IMG/VR virus record: IMGVR_UViG_3300047669_000697
Span: 1 to 29,289 of that record
Length of the DNA stretch: 29,289 nucleotides
Reading direction: 5' to 3' (one strand)
Origin: a virus
Lineage: Duplodnaviria; Caudoviricetes
Shown here: in pieces, positions 16,998-26,013 of the stretch
How the letters are laid out: the number at the start of each line of letters is the position of its first letter
Position numbering within the stretch: position 1 is the stretch's first letter
The notes under the pieces: model-generated
What the model saw: the letters and a program-made list of their open reading frames with translations, nothing else
Databases searched by the model: none
What the model was told of the DNA's origin: nothing
Program-made: the position numbers and the translations under genes

Positions 16998-17990
16998 ATG
17001 AATTGGTATAGTATAAAAAATATTGCTAAAAGTGAAAACACTGAAGTGATGATATATGATGAAATTGGTAGTTATGGGGTAGATGCCAAGTCTTTTATAA
17101 ATGAGATAAAAAACATTCCCAAAGATACATCTGTTCTTTTAAGAATAAACTCACCAGGAGGTTCTGTTATAGATGGTTTAGCAATATATGATGCTATAAA
17201 TAGGATGCCACAAAAGGTTACTGCTCGTATAGAAGGTATTGCTGCTTCAATGGCTAGTGTTATTGCACTTGCTGCTGATGAAGTAATTATGAGTGAAAAC
17301 TCTCTTTATATGATACACAATGTTTGGGGAGGTGAAGTTGGAGATTCAGATGATTTAAGAAAAGCTGCTGACCTTATGGATAAAATGGGTGAAAGGCTAA
17401 TTAATATATATGTTTCAAAAACTGGTCAAACAGAAGAACAAATCCGTTCTTGGATGGATGCAGAAACTTGGTTTAACAGTTTAGAAGCACAAGAAGCAGG
17501 TTTTATCAATTTAGTTGAAGAGCCTATAAAGATGGCAGCTATGTTTGATATAAAAAAGTACGACTATAAGAATAGTGTTCTTGTAGAAAAATTATTTAAT
17601 AATCAAAAAAAAGAAAGTAACATGGAAAAAGAGTTTGAAAACTTAAAATCTTTTATTTCTGAAATGTTTAATAAAACAGCAGAAGCAAAAGAAGTAAAAA
17701 TTCTTGACAACGAAGAAGTATCTAACAAAATGATTGCTATAGAAGAGTCTATTGAAGAGTCTAGTAAAGCTATTGTTGAGTTAAATGGTTCAATAGTTGA
17801 AAAGGATGGTTACATAGCAACACTAGAAGCAGAAATAGCTACTTATAAAGTTGCAAAAATGGAGGGAACTCCAAGTGGTGTAGTACCTAGCAAAGATCCT
17901 AACCCAACTCCTGAAGCTAAGGAAGAAAATGCTTGGGATATGTATGCTAATAGTATTGCAGATAACAAAAAAATATATTTTAAAAATTAA
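16998..17990 (+). CDS. ClpP-type prohead maturation protease with C-terminal scaffold-like coiled coil
   Basis: INSPGGSV..GLAIYD, IEGIAASMAS (Ser), MIHN (His), ETWF...EA.EAGFI. Directly upstream of the capsid gene. Confidence 0.93.
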   Translation: MNWYSIKNIAKSENTEVMIYDEIGSYGVDAKSFINEIKNIPKDTSVLLRINSPGGSVIDGLAIYDAINRMPQKVTARIEGIAASMASVIALAADEVIMSENSLYMIHNVWGGEVGDSDDLRKAADLMDKMGERLINIYVSKTGQTEEQIRSWMDAETWFNSLEAQEAGFINLVEEPIKMAAMFDIKKYDYKNSVLVEKLFNNQKKESNMEKEFENLKSFISEMFNKTAEAKEVKILDNEEVSNKMIAIEESIEESSKAIVELNGSIVEKDGYIATLEAEIATYKVAKMEGTPSGVVPSKDPNPTPEAKEENAWDMYANSIADNKKIYFKN

Positions 17991-18010
17991 TTAAACAAAA
18001 ATAAAAGAAA

Positions 18011-19021
18011 ATGGCAAATGTAATAAGTACAAGTTTAACTTGGTCGCAAGAAGATGCTCAAAAGTATTTTTTAGCACCATTATTTTACGAAAACGAACAT
18101 CTTAAAGGAATGGATGTTATAACTGATGTTTCTGGAGTTTCTATCTTATTAGATAGATATACTTCTGTTAAAGACATCACGAAAACAATGACTACAGCAA
18201 CAAGTTTTACTGCTGATGGTACTCAATCTACTAATACTAACATAACTTTAACATTAATTAGATTAGAAGTTGAACACGCACAACAAGCAAATGTATTATT
18301 CTCTCATATTAAATCTCAATTACTTAAAAAAGGAATTAATAGAGCTGATATGACTGGAACTATCTTCCAAGAAATTGTTTCTGAAGTTGTAATGCAAGGT
18401 ATTAAGAGAGATTTCTCTACTATATTATGGTGGGGAGATGTAAATAATGGTGCAGGAACTCAAGCACTATGTAATGGAGTTTGGAAATCATTAGATTTAC
18501 AAGTTGGTGTTGGAGGATTCTCTATAGCAAACAACAGAGTAGTTGGAACTAATGCACTTACTAACTTAGAATCTATGTTAGCTCTTCGTTCTAATGAATT
18601 AGCTGCAATGGACAATCAATTAATATATTGCTCAAGAGCTTTTGCTGATGATTATGCTTTTAGATTAAGAGCTGCTGGAACTCATGTTGCTGCTTATGCA
18701 GATTTACAAGATGGTATTTCAAATTTAAGATTTCAAGGTGTTAGATTAGTTGTAATTCCTTCTTGGGATGTTGATATTGCAACTCATGGAGCTGCTTTAG
18801 CAAATATGGCTAATGCTTTTGCTCCTGATGCTGTAGCAGAAACTAAATGTGCTATCTGGACTTCTGAAAACAACATCACTGTTGGTACAGACTTCCAAGC
18901 ACAAGATGTAGACATGTGGTATAATAAAGATGAAAAAGAAAATAGATTCAGAATGTTGTACTCTATGGGTGTTGCTGTAAAAGAGCCTTTGATGTGTGTT
19001 GCTTCTGTTGAAACTGCATAA
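18011..19021 (+). CDS. Major capsid protein
   Basis: 336 aa, follows the protease/scaffold and ends at a strong terminator. ILWWGD...G.W..L and ENRFRM.Y.MGV motifs typical of HK97-fold capsids in Bacteroidota phages. Confidence 0.85.
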   Translation: MANVISTSLTWSQEDAQKYFLAPLFYENEHLKGMDVITDVSGVSILLDRYTSVKDITKTMTTATSFTADGTQSTNTNITLTLIRLEVEHAQQANVLFSHIKSQLLKKGINRADMTGTIFQEIVSEVVMQGIKRDFSTILWWGDVNNGAGTQALCNGVWKSLDLQVGVGGFSIANNRVVGTNALTNLESMLALRSNELAAMDNQLIYCSRAFADDYAFRLRAAGTHVAAYADLQDGISNLRFQGVRLVVIPSWDVDIATHGAALANMANAFAPDAVAETKCAIWTSENNITVGTDFQAQDVDMWYNKDEKENRFRMLYSMGVAVKEPLMCVASVETA

Positions 19022-19033
19022 TTAATAATATCT

Positions 19034-19065
19034 CTTAGGGGAGTTAATAGCTCCCCTAAGTTTTT
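19034..19065 (+). terminator. Rho-independent terminator after the capsid gene
   Basis: CTTAGGGGAG-TTAATAG-CTCCCCTAAG followed by TTTTT. Confidence 0.9.
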
Positions 19066-19089
19066 AACTAAAAAAAAAAATAAATAAAA

Positions 19090-19737
19090 ATGGCTTTAAC
19101 TAAAGGACATGCAATTATATGTTGCGACAGAAACCGAAGAGGTGGTTTAAAAAGAATTTGGCTAATGGAACAAGGTGGATTAACTACTGTAGCTTACGCT
19201 GCTGCTGGATCGGGACCAGGTTCTGATGCTGCAGGTGGAGAATTTAACGCTTTTGCTTCATCAACTTTCTTTGAATTTGAATTTGATAGAGGAACTGCTG
19301 GTTTCACTGCAAATGCAACAAGAGAGAATGGTTCTACTCTTGTAAATGTAGAACTAATGTTTTACATCCCTAAAGTAACTGAAGAAATTAATGGTAGATT
19401 AAGAGAATTAACTGAATCTTGTGGTGTTTACGCTTTAGTAGAAACTTACGCTGATGACTGTGATACTACTGCTCCAGAAACTTACTTCTTTATATTAGGA
19501 TATGATAAAGTATTTGAAAAGAAAGCATATATGGAGTTTTCTTCAGGTGAACAAGCTACAGGTGTTGGACTTCAAGATGCTAATGGAACTGCTGTAAAAC
19601 TTGCTGGTGTTCACGCTGAATACCCAAGAGAAGCTATTGTAGTTGTATCTGGTGCAAATGTTGATCCAGGTAATAGTGGACAAATTGATTTTTATCAGCC
19701 AAGTACAGGTGCTACATTAGCTTGGACAGCAGCTTAG
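19090..19737 (+). CDS. Probable major tail (tube) protein
   Basis: C...GGLKRIWL...FEFEF......F.......ENGST...EL pattern of Bacteroidota siphovirus tail-tube-like proteins. Flanked by terminators, as expected for a high-copy structural gene. Confidence 0.65.
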   Translation: MALTKGHAIICCDRNRRGGLKRIWLMEQGGLTTVAYAAAGSGPGSDAAGGEFNAFASSTFFEFEFDRGTAGFTANATRENGSTLVNVELMFYIPKVTEEINGRLRELTESCGVYALVETYADDCDTTAPETYFFILGYDKVFEKKAYMEFSSGEQATGVGLQDANGTAVKLAGVHAEYPREAIVVVSGANVDPGNSGQIDFYQPSTGATLAWTAA

Positions 19738-19753
19738 TATAACTTTTTTAAAT

Positions 19754-19784
19754 AAATAGGGGGTGAAATTCCCCCTGTTTTTTT
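19754..19784 (+). terminator. Rho-independent terminator
   Basis: AAATAGGGGG-TGAAATT-CCCCCTGTTT running into a T7 tract. Confidence 0.85.
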
Positions 19785-19804
19785 ATCTTTACATAAAAAA
19801 TATC

Positions 19805-20083
19805 ATGAAATATATATTCATTAAGGATTATTTTGTGTCTGCTGATGATGATGCCGTTCAAATAGCGGGTAATAGCTTTACAGTTTGTTTTAATTCAGTT
19901 TTAAGCCAAAAAGTTTTATCTAATTTATATAAATTGGGCAAACCTTATGTTAGTTTTGAAGGTGAAGAAAAGCAAGTAGAAGTAATAAAGCCTAAATTCA
20001 AAATAAAAAAGAAAAAAGCTATCATAAATGAGCCGAAAAAAGAATCAAAAGCAGATAATAACCCAAACGAAGAAGAGTCCTAA
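19805..20083 (+). CDS. Hypothetical protein (92 aa), Lys-rich tail
   Basis: ATG at 19805 with an A-rich leader and upstream TATCTTTA. The track's GTG at 19763 lies inside the terminator. Confidence 0.7.
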   Translation: MKYIFIKDYFVSADDDAVQIAGNSFTVCFNSVLSQKVLSNLYKLGKPYVSFEGEEKQVEVIKPKFKIKKKKAIINEPKKESKADNNPNEEES

Positions 20084-21380
20084 AATATTAGGTTACTCAT
20101 TTTCTAAGGATTTATCAAAAGAAGCACCAAAAGAAACTAGCTTAATCTCTACAACATTAAGAGATGAGTGGATTCCTTTTGGAAAAAACAATTTATTTCC
20201 ACAAGAACTTTCAGAGCTTTCAAGAGCCGCATCTACACATAGAGCTATACTTGGAACAAAAACTACATTTAGTATTGGAGAAGGATTAAGAACCACTAAT
20301 AAGGCTTTAAGGTCATTATTAGAGGATGTTAATGTATATGGGGAATCAATGGATGATGTTGCAAAAAAAGTTTTATCTGATTATTGGAAACTAGGTAATG
20401 GATATATGGAAGTTGTTATAGGTCCAGGATATATTAACTTTTTTCATCAAGATGGTACTACAGCTAGAGTTCATAAAGATGGCAAACACATATTATTACA
20501 TCCAGATTGGGAACACGCAAGAAGATACCCAGATAATATGAGAAAAATTCCTATGTACCCTGAATACAGTAAGGAAGGAGAGATTTCTAGAAGTATTGTT
20601 CATTTTTCTGATTACGAAAGCACTTATTATTATTATGGTATGCCTGATTATTGTGCAGCTTTAGACCATATTCGTATAGCAAATCAAATAGGAGTTTTTA
20701 ATCTAACACGCTTCAAAAATGGATTTATGCCAAGTGCTATTGTTGAGCTAAACGCTGATATGGGAGAGGATGAAGCACAAGATTTTATTGATGATGCTGT
20801 AGCTAAATTAACAGGAGCTGGAGATAATTCTAAAATATTATTTATAGCTAAAAATGGTGATGGAGATGCTACAAATGTTCAAATAATTAATGATACTAGT
20901 GATGGTTCTTTTATGGAGCTTCAAAAAATTACTAATGATAATATTATATCGGCACACAGATGGAATCCAGCGTTATCAGGTATTCAAGTGGCAGGTCAAT
21001 TAGGAAACAATCAGCAAATATTAACAGCTTATGATATAGCTATGAGTACGGTTATAAAAGAACCTCAACAAATGTTTCTTAAATGTATTAAGAAAATATT
21101 AAAAATAGAAAGAGGAATTAGTGCTAGTGATTTAAGATTTTATACAAAACCTCCTGTTTCTTTATTAGGAACAATTAATCCTGCTGAATTTATTACAATT
21201 AGAGAGGGTAGAGAGATATTTCATTTACCAGAGCTTACTGATGAAGAGTTAGCTGCTCTTATAGAAGAAAAATCATCTAAAAAACAAGAAACTCATACAA
21301 TGCCAGATGGAACAGTAATGCCAGGATCATCACATAAAGAAGAATCAACTAAAAAAGAAGAAGATGGCACTAATAACTAG
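20028..21380 (+). CDS. Portal protein
   Basis: WIPFGKNNLFPQEL...STHRAIL, GNGYMEV, YYYGMPDY, FKNGFMPS, IISAHR..P.L.GI; 450 aa. Confidence 0.9.
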   Translation: MSRKKNQKQIITQTKKSPKILGYSFSKDLSKEAPKETSLISTTLRDEWIPFGKNNLFPQELSELSRAASTHRAILGTKTTFSIGEGLRTTNKALRSLLEDVNVYGESMDDVAKKVLSDYWKLGNGYMEVVIGPGYINFFHQDGTTARVHKDGKHILLHPDWEHARRYPDNMRKIPMYPEYSKEGEISRSIVHFSDYESTYYYYGMPDYCAALDHIRIANQIGVFNLTRFKNGFMPSAIVELNADMGEDEAQDFIDDAVAKLTGAGDNSKILFIAKNGDGDATNVQIINDTSDGSFMELQKITNDNIISAHRWNPALSGIQVAGQLGNNQQILTAYDIAMSTVIKEPQQMFLKCIKKILKIERGISASDLRFYTKPPVSLLGTINPAEFITIREGREIFHLPELTDEELAALIEEKSSKKQETHTMPDGTVMPGSSHKEESTKKEEDGTNN

Positions 21381-21843
21381 TACAGAAATAGTATCTAAAG
21401 CAATGACAAATGCTAATTTTGACAAGCATTTAGTTAAATCTACTTTTATAGAGATAGCAGAATTAAATCATGTTAAACCGTTTTTAGGAAAAGATTTATA
21501 TGATGCTGTATCTCAAGGGGGATATGTAACATTATTAAATGATTATATTAAAGATTATTTAGCATTTTGTGTTAAATTTGAAATATTACCAGACATAACA
21601 TACAATACAACATCTCAAGGTGTTGTAGATAACATGGCAGATTTTACAAGCCCTGTTAATGAAAAAAAATTAAATTATTTACGACAAGAAACTTATAAAA
21701 AAGCAGATACTTTTAAAAAGAAAATGCACTTATATTTAGATGACAATCGTAATTTATATCCTGAATGGAAAGGCTGCGGAAGTTGTAGCTTATGTAATTC
21801 AGAAAGCTCTGTTAGTAAAAGACATGGCATAATAACTTATTAA
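21364..21843 (+). CDS. Putative head-tail adaptor/connector (DUF6712-like)
   Basis: Follows the portal; I.IAE...VKPFLGKDLYD...L....IKDYLA pattern, YL.DN..LYPEW. Confidence 0.65.
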   Translation: MALITSTEIVSKAMTNANFDKHLVKSTFIEIAELNHVKPFLGKDLYDAVSQGGYVTLLNDYIKDYLAFCVKFEILPDITYNTTSQGVVDNMADFTSPVNEKKLNYLRQETYKKADTFKKKMHLYLDDNRNLYPEWKGCGSCSLCNSESSVSKRHGIITY

Positions 21844-21846
21844 TAA

Positions 21847-22602
21847 ATGAAGCACCATAATAGTTTATCAGATAGTCAGATACATAATGCCAAAGGATTT
21901 GAGCCTGCAAGAAAGAGAAGTGTATCTACCAAAAACTTATCTGGAGTAGTAGAATGGGTAAAGGGTAATTATACAAGTACAGTTACAATTACTCCTACAG
22001 CTGATCAAGCAGGAAGTTTACATCATAGGTATTTTTGTTTATATAATAGTTATGATGTTACTAAATATGCTGTATATTTTAAAGTAACAGCAGCAACTAC
22101 TTTAGCAACTCCTTCAGGTTATGGAGGTGTTATTGCTGTAGATTTAACTTCTTCAGGTATAAATTCTACAATAACTCAAGTTAGTGTAGCTTTACATTCA
22201 GCTCTTAATGGTCATGCCGATTTTACAGCAACAAGAAATTCTAGTAATGAAATAATTACAGTAACAGGATTAACTAGTGCAAGTCCAGCAAAAACAAATG
22301 AAATAGGTTTTACTATTTCTGTAGTAGATGTAGAACTTTCTGATGAAGTGCTAACAACTGATGCAAGTGGTAATTTAAAATTTACTTCATTAACAAGTGT
22401 AGCAGCCGATAAAAACTACGTTCACACTCAAGGCTCTGCTGCTACAGTGTGGACAGTAACACATAATTTGGGGAAGAATCCAAGTGTAGCAGTAGTAGAC
22501 TCAGCAGGAACAGTGGTAATAGGTCAAGTTGATTATGATACAATAAATCAAATAACCTTAACATTTAAAGCAGCTTTCTCTGGAAAGGCATATTTCAATT
22601 AA
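21847..22602 (+). CDS. Virion structural/fibre-associated protein
   Basis: Thr/Ser/Val-rich beta protein; C-terminal YVHTQ....VWTVTHNLGKNPSVAVVDS...ITLTF...FSGKAY module. Confidence 0.7.
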   Translation: MKHHNSLSDSQIHNAKGFEPARKRSVSTKNLSGVVEWVKGNYTSTVTITPTADQAGSLHHRYFCLYNSYDVTKYAVYFKVTAATTLATPSGYGGVIAVDLTSSGINSTITQVSVALHSALNGHADFTATRNSSNEIITVTGLTSASPAKTNEIGFTISVVDVELSDEVLTTDASGNLKFTSLTSVAADKNYVHTQGSAATVWTVTHNLGKNPSVAVVDSAGTVVIGQVDYDTINQITLTFKAAFSGKAYFN

Positions 22603-22634
22603 TAAATAACTAAATAAACTAAATAAATTAAACA

Positions 22635-24356
22635 ATGGCAATTAAATTTTTACATGATCTTGATGTTTCTGGAAACATAGATCATAACAACAATCAAGCA
22701 CTAAATATGGTGCTACAACAATTAAGCACCAATCCTGCTACAGTAGTAGAGGGTAAAATTTTCCAAAACACTACTACAGATAAAGTGTATGTAGGTCTTA
22801 ATGGTTCTTGGGTAGAATTATCAAGTTCAACTGGAGATATAACAGAAGTAATTGGAGGTACAAGTATTGATGTTTCAGGTGGAACAACTGGTGCTGCTAC
22901 TGTAAACTTAGATAGTTCTACTGTTAGTGCTATTTCAGCTAACACATCTAAAACAGGAATAACTAGTGGTCAAGCATCTGCAATCACTGCAAATACTGCC
23001 AAAACAGGGCTTAGCGCAGCACAATCAAATGCTATTTCAGCAAATACTTCTAAGACAGGTATTACTTCATCACAATCAGATGCTATTACTGGTAATACAT
23101 CTAAAACAGGTATTACTTCTTCTCAAGCAAGTGCAATAATTGCAAATACTGCTAAAACTTCAGATATAAACCACAATGTTTCTACTGATTTAAGCGTAAC
23201 AGCTAATGCAACTTCTTTAACTGTAGTATCTTCAGATGGGGATAATGCTTCTCTTCCAGCAGCTACATCTTCTGCATGGGGTGCAATGACTGATGAACAA
23301 GCTTCTGCTGTAACAGCAAATAGTGCTAAGACTGGTATTACCTCTGGACAGGCTTCAGCTATTACTGCAAATACAGCTAAGACAGGTATAAGTTCAGGAC
23401 AAACTTCTGCAATAACAGCTAACACAGCTAAAACAGGTATTACTGCATCACAATCTGATAATATTGCAGCGAATAATTCAAAAACTGGAATTACATCTGC
23501 ACAGTCATCTGCAATTACAGCGAATACTGCTAAAACTTCAGATATTAATCATAATGTTACTACAAATTTAAGTATTACTGGTACAACAGCTGCAAGAGTA
23601 ATAGTTTCTTCTGATGGTAGTAATGCAACAATTCCTGTAGCAACTACTGGTGCTTCAGGTGTTATGTCTGCTGCGCAAGTAACTACTTTAAATGCAAAGG
23701 CAAATACATCTTCTCCAACATTAACTGGAACTCCAGCAGCTCCAACTGCAAGTGCATCAACAAATACAACTCAAGTAGCAACTACTGCTTATGTAACTAC
23801 TGCTGTAAGTAATTTAGTAGGAGGTGCGCCAGGTGCTTTAAATACTTTAAATGAATTAGCAGCAGCAATCGGAGATGATGCTTCATATGCTAGTGGAATA
23901 ACAACTGCCTTAGGACTTAAAGCTACAATAGCTTCTCCAACATTTACAGGAACAGTAGGAGGTATAACTAAAGCTATGGTAGGTTTAGGAAATGTACCAA
24001 ATACTTCTTTTAGTGGTTCAAATACTGGGGATGAAGTTGCTGCAAGTATAGGTACTGCTGGTGTTGTTGAAAGAGCTACAGATGCAGAATCATTAGCTGG
24101 AGCAGATACTTCAAGATATGTAACTCCTAAACATTTAGCAAATAGAACTTACACTACTACAATAGGTGGTGCTACTTCTATAGCTGTAACTCACAATTTA
24201 GGTACAAGAGCAGTTATGGTGCAAATGTTTGATACATCTTCTTACGAAACTATATATGCTCAAGTAGTTAGAAATACTACTAATCAAGTAACTGTAGGTT
24301 TTAATTCAGCACCATCTAGTGGTGATGTAACAATATTGGTTTCTAAAATTCAATAA
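22635..24356 (+). CDS. Repetitive tail/capsid fibre protein (573 aa)
   Basis: 17-aa repeats; SPTLTGTPAAPT...TTQVATTAYV and APGALNTLNELAAAI fibre motifs; TKAMVGLGNV; T4 gp12/gp34-like GVVERATDAE..AG....YVTP. Confidence 0.85.
   Translation: MAIKFLHDLDVSGNIDHNNNQALNMVLQQLSTNPATVVEGKIFQNTTTDKVYVGLNGSWVELSSSTGDITEVIGGTSIDVSGGTTGAATVNLDSSTVSAISANTSKTGITSGQASAITANTAKTGLSAAQSNAISANTSKTGITSSQSDAITGNTSKTGITSSQASAIIANTAKTSDINHNVSTDLSVTANATSLTVVSSDGDNASLPAATSSAWGAMTDEQASAVTANSAKTGITSGQASAITANTAKTGISSGQTSAITANTAKTGITASQSDNIAANNSKTGITSAQSSAITANTAKTSDINHNVTTNLSITGTTAARVIVSSDGSNATIPVATTGASGVMSAAQVTTLNAKANTSSPTLTGTPAAPTASASTNTTQVATTAYVTTAVSNLVGGAPGALNTLNELAAAIGDDASYASGITTALGLKATIASPTFTGTVGGITKAMVGLGNVPNTSFSGSNTGDEVAASIGTAGVVERATDAESLAGADTSRYVTPKHLANRTYTTTIGGATSIAVTHNLGTRAVMVQMFDTSSYETIYAQVVRNTTNQVTVGFNSAPSSGDVTILVSKIQ
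22926..23698 (+). repeat. Coding repeat array: 51-bp (17-aa) units nested in two 378-bp super-repeats
   Basis: Consensus TGITSGQASAITANTAK x4 plus a TSDINHNV...SSDG module, present twice. GCTAAAACTTCAGAT at 23151 and 23529. Confidence 0.9.
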
Positions 24357-24359
24357 TAA

Positions 24360-24800
24360 ATGAGTAAAGTTAATAAGTACGAAAAATTTGGTTCTCGTAA
24401 CTTTAGTCCTAGTGGCATAAGCTCTACATCTGGTGAGGCAGAAGGGGATATTATGTATTATGGTTCTACTTCAGTAATTATTGGTAGGGTTTATGTCTGG
24501 ACAGGGGATTGGGTTGCAGCAGATGCTGATATTGCACTTCATGGTTCTAACTTATTAGCTTTAGCTTTAGGAACAGGAGCAGCAAATAGTGTAGGGATGC
24601 TTTTAAGAGGTATGGCTTATTTAAGTAATGCTAATGGAAATGGAGGTTCTCCTCTTTATTTAAGTACAAGTGCTGGACTTTTAAGCTCTTCAGCTCCTAC
24701 TGCTGTTAGTGATGTGGTTAGAATAGTTGGATATAATATTGAATCTACAAAAATTTGGTTTAATCCAGACAACACTTCAATAATACTAGCAGATGCCTAA
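24360..24800 (+). CDS. Virion decoration/fibre-base-like structural protein
   Basis: W.AADAD..LALALG..GMLLRG..LYLSTSAG..APT...VVRIVGY...IWFNPD pattern seen in phage structural cassettes. Confidence 0.55.
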   Translation: MSKVNKYEKFGSRNFSPSGISSTSGEAEGDIMYYGSTSVIIGRVYVWTGDWVAADADIALHGSNLLALALGTGAANSVGMLLRGMAYLSNANGNGGSPLYLSTSAGLLSSSAPTAVSDVVRIVGYNIESTKIWFNPDNTSIILADA

Positions 24801-25734
24801 TATTGGTCTTTTAAATAATGTAGAATCAGCATCACTTGCAAAAGTGAACGCAATAGAAATGGCTAGTGTTGCAGGTGTTAATTCAATAGATTATTCTGCT
24901 CCTTCTGCTGGATTTACAGATAACCAAGCAGTAGCAAGATCAATAACAACTGGAGTAGGGCAGTCAATAAGACTTGCAGATACTAATGGTAAATTTAATT
25001 TTATTCAATCAGATGCTTATTCAATTAGTTTTTGGATAAAAGTAGGGTGGTCTACATCATTAAATACTAATATACATTTATTTGCATCTGCCGTAGACCC
25101 TTATGTATCTTACACTAATTTAATTAGAATTTATTACAGAGAAGATAATAATAGAATTTATTATCAATTTGCATCTGGAAGCCCTTCAAGATATAGTCAG
25201 AATTTTTGGCTAATGCAAGTTAATTCTGGAAATTATGCAGCTGCATATCAAGCTGCTGGATTAGGAAGTAGTTATTGGAGTGCTTCAAATAGAGGGAATG
25301 TTGGAGATGATGATTTTACACTAATAACTATTACACAAAGTGCTACTGCAAATGCTGGTGGAAACTATGCGACTATGTATTGGAACGGAACGAGTATGGG
25401 TAGTGGATATTATGCTAATGGAAATAGCAATGGTGCTGTAAATATGACTACTGCCGATAGACAAATAACAGTAGGTAGTAATTCTTGGTCTTATGCGAAA
25501 TCTGGTAATAGTGCTGAAACACAATATAATGATTTGTCTTGGTGGAATAAACAATTATCAGCTTCTGAAGTTGCAGAGATATATAATGAAGGAACGAGAA
25601 TGGATTTAACTACACATTCGGCAGCAAGTAATTTAAAAGGCTATTATAAATTTGAGGGGAATGGGAATGATTCAAGTAATAGTAATGGAAATCCTTTTGT
25701 TGTAAGCGGGAATAGTAATTTTGAAAATATATAA
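24793..25734 (+). CDS. LamG/concanavalin A-like lectin domain protein (putative glycan-binding virion protein)
   Basis: YSISFWIK, TMYWNG, NDLSWWNKQLSASEVAEIYNEG, LKGYYKFEGNGNDS. Confidence 0.85.
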   Translation: MPNIGLLNNVESASLAKVNAIEMASVAGVNSIDYSAPSAGFTDNQAVARSITTGVGQSIRLADTNGKFNFIQSDAYSISFWIKVGWSTSLNTNIHLFASAVDPYVSYTNLIRIYYREDNNRIYYQFASGSPSRYSQNFWLMQVNSGNYAAAYQAAGLGSSYWSASNRGNVGDDDFTLITITQSATANAGGNYATMYWNGTSMGSGYYANGNSNGAVNMTTADRQITVGSNSWSYAKSGNSAETQYNDLSWWNKQLSASEVAEIYNEGTRMDLTTHSAASNLKGYYKFEGNGNDSSNSNGNPFVVSGNSNFENI

Positions 25735-25988
25735 TGAAATATTACATAGTAACTAACGAAGTTTTTAATGAATTAGATGAAAATAGCATTGATTTTGCTT
25801 TTGTAAGTCTAGATGGTAGTCAATGGGTAGTAACTACAACAGAAATTGTAGGAGATACAGTATTAAGCTTTAAAACTTCTGAAGAATTATCTTTATATAC
25901 TTTTGAAGAAGGTTCTTTTTGGACTGGAGATAACACAGGTGTTGAAGAGTGGGAAATGAATGAAACAGAATATATAAATGAATTTTAA
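25734..25988 (+). CDS. Small acidic protein coupled to the LamG gene (possible chaperone)
   Basis: TAATG stop/start overlap; SLDGSQWVV motif; very acidic. Confidence 0.7.
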   Translation: MKYYIVTNEVFNELDENSIDFAFVSLDGSQWVVTTTEIVGDTVLSFKTSEELSLYTFEEGSFWTGDNTGVEEWEMNETEYINEF

Positions 25989-26013
25989 AATAACAAATTA
26001 ATAAATAAATAAA

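Noticed and set aside
19070-19089. Poly-A and TAAA-type runs before genes (also 22603-22634, 25989-26013) as phase-variable repeats
   Set aside because: They are explained as A-rich translation-initiation regions typical of Bacteroidota.
19763-19804. GTG start for the 106-aa ORF
   Set aside because: It lies inside a terminator hairpin; ATG 19805 has the normal A-rich context.
22926-23698. CRISPR array or DGR template/variable repeat
   Set aside because: The repeats are in frame, differ mainly at synonymous positions and have no unique spacers. No cas or reverse transcriptase gene is in the window.
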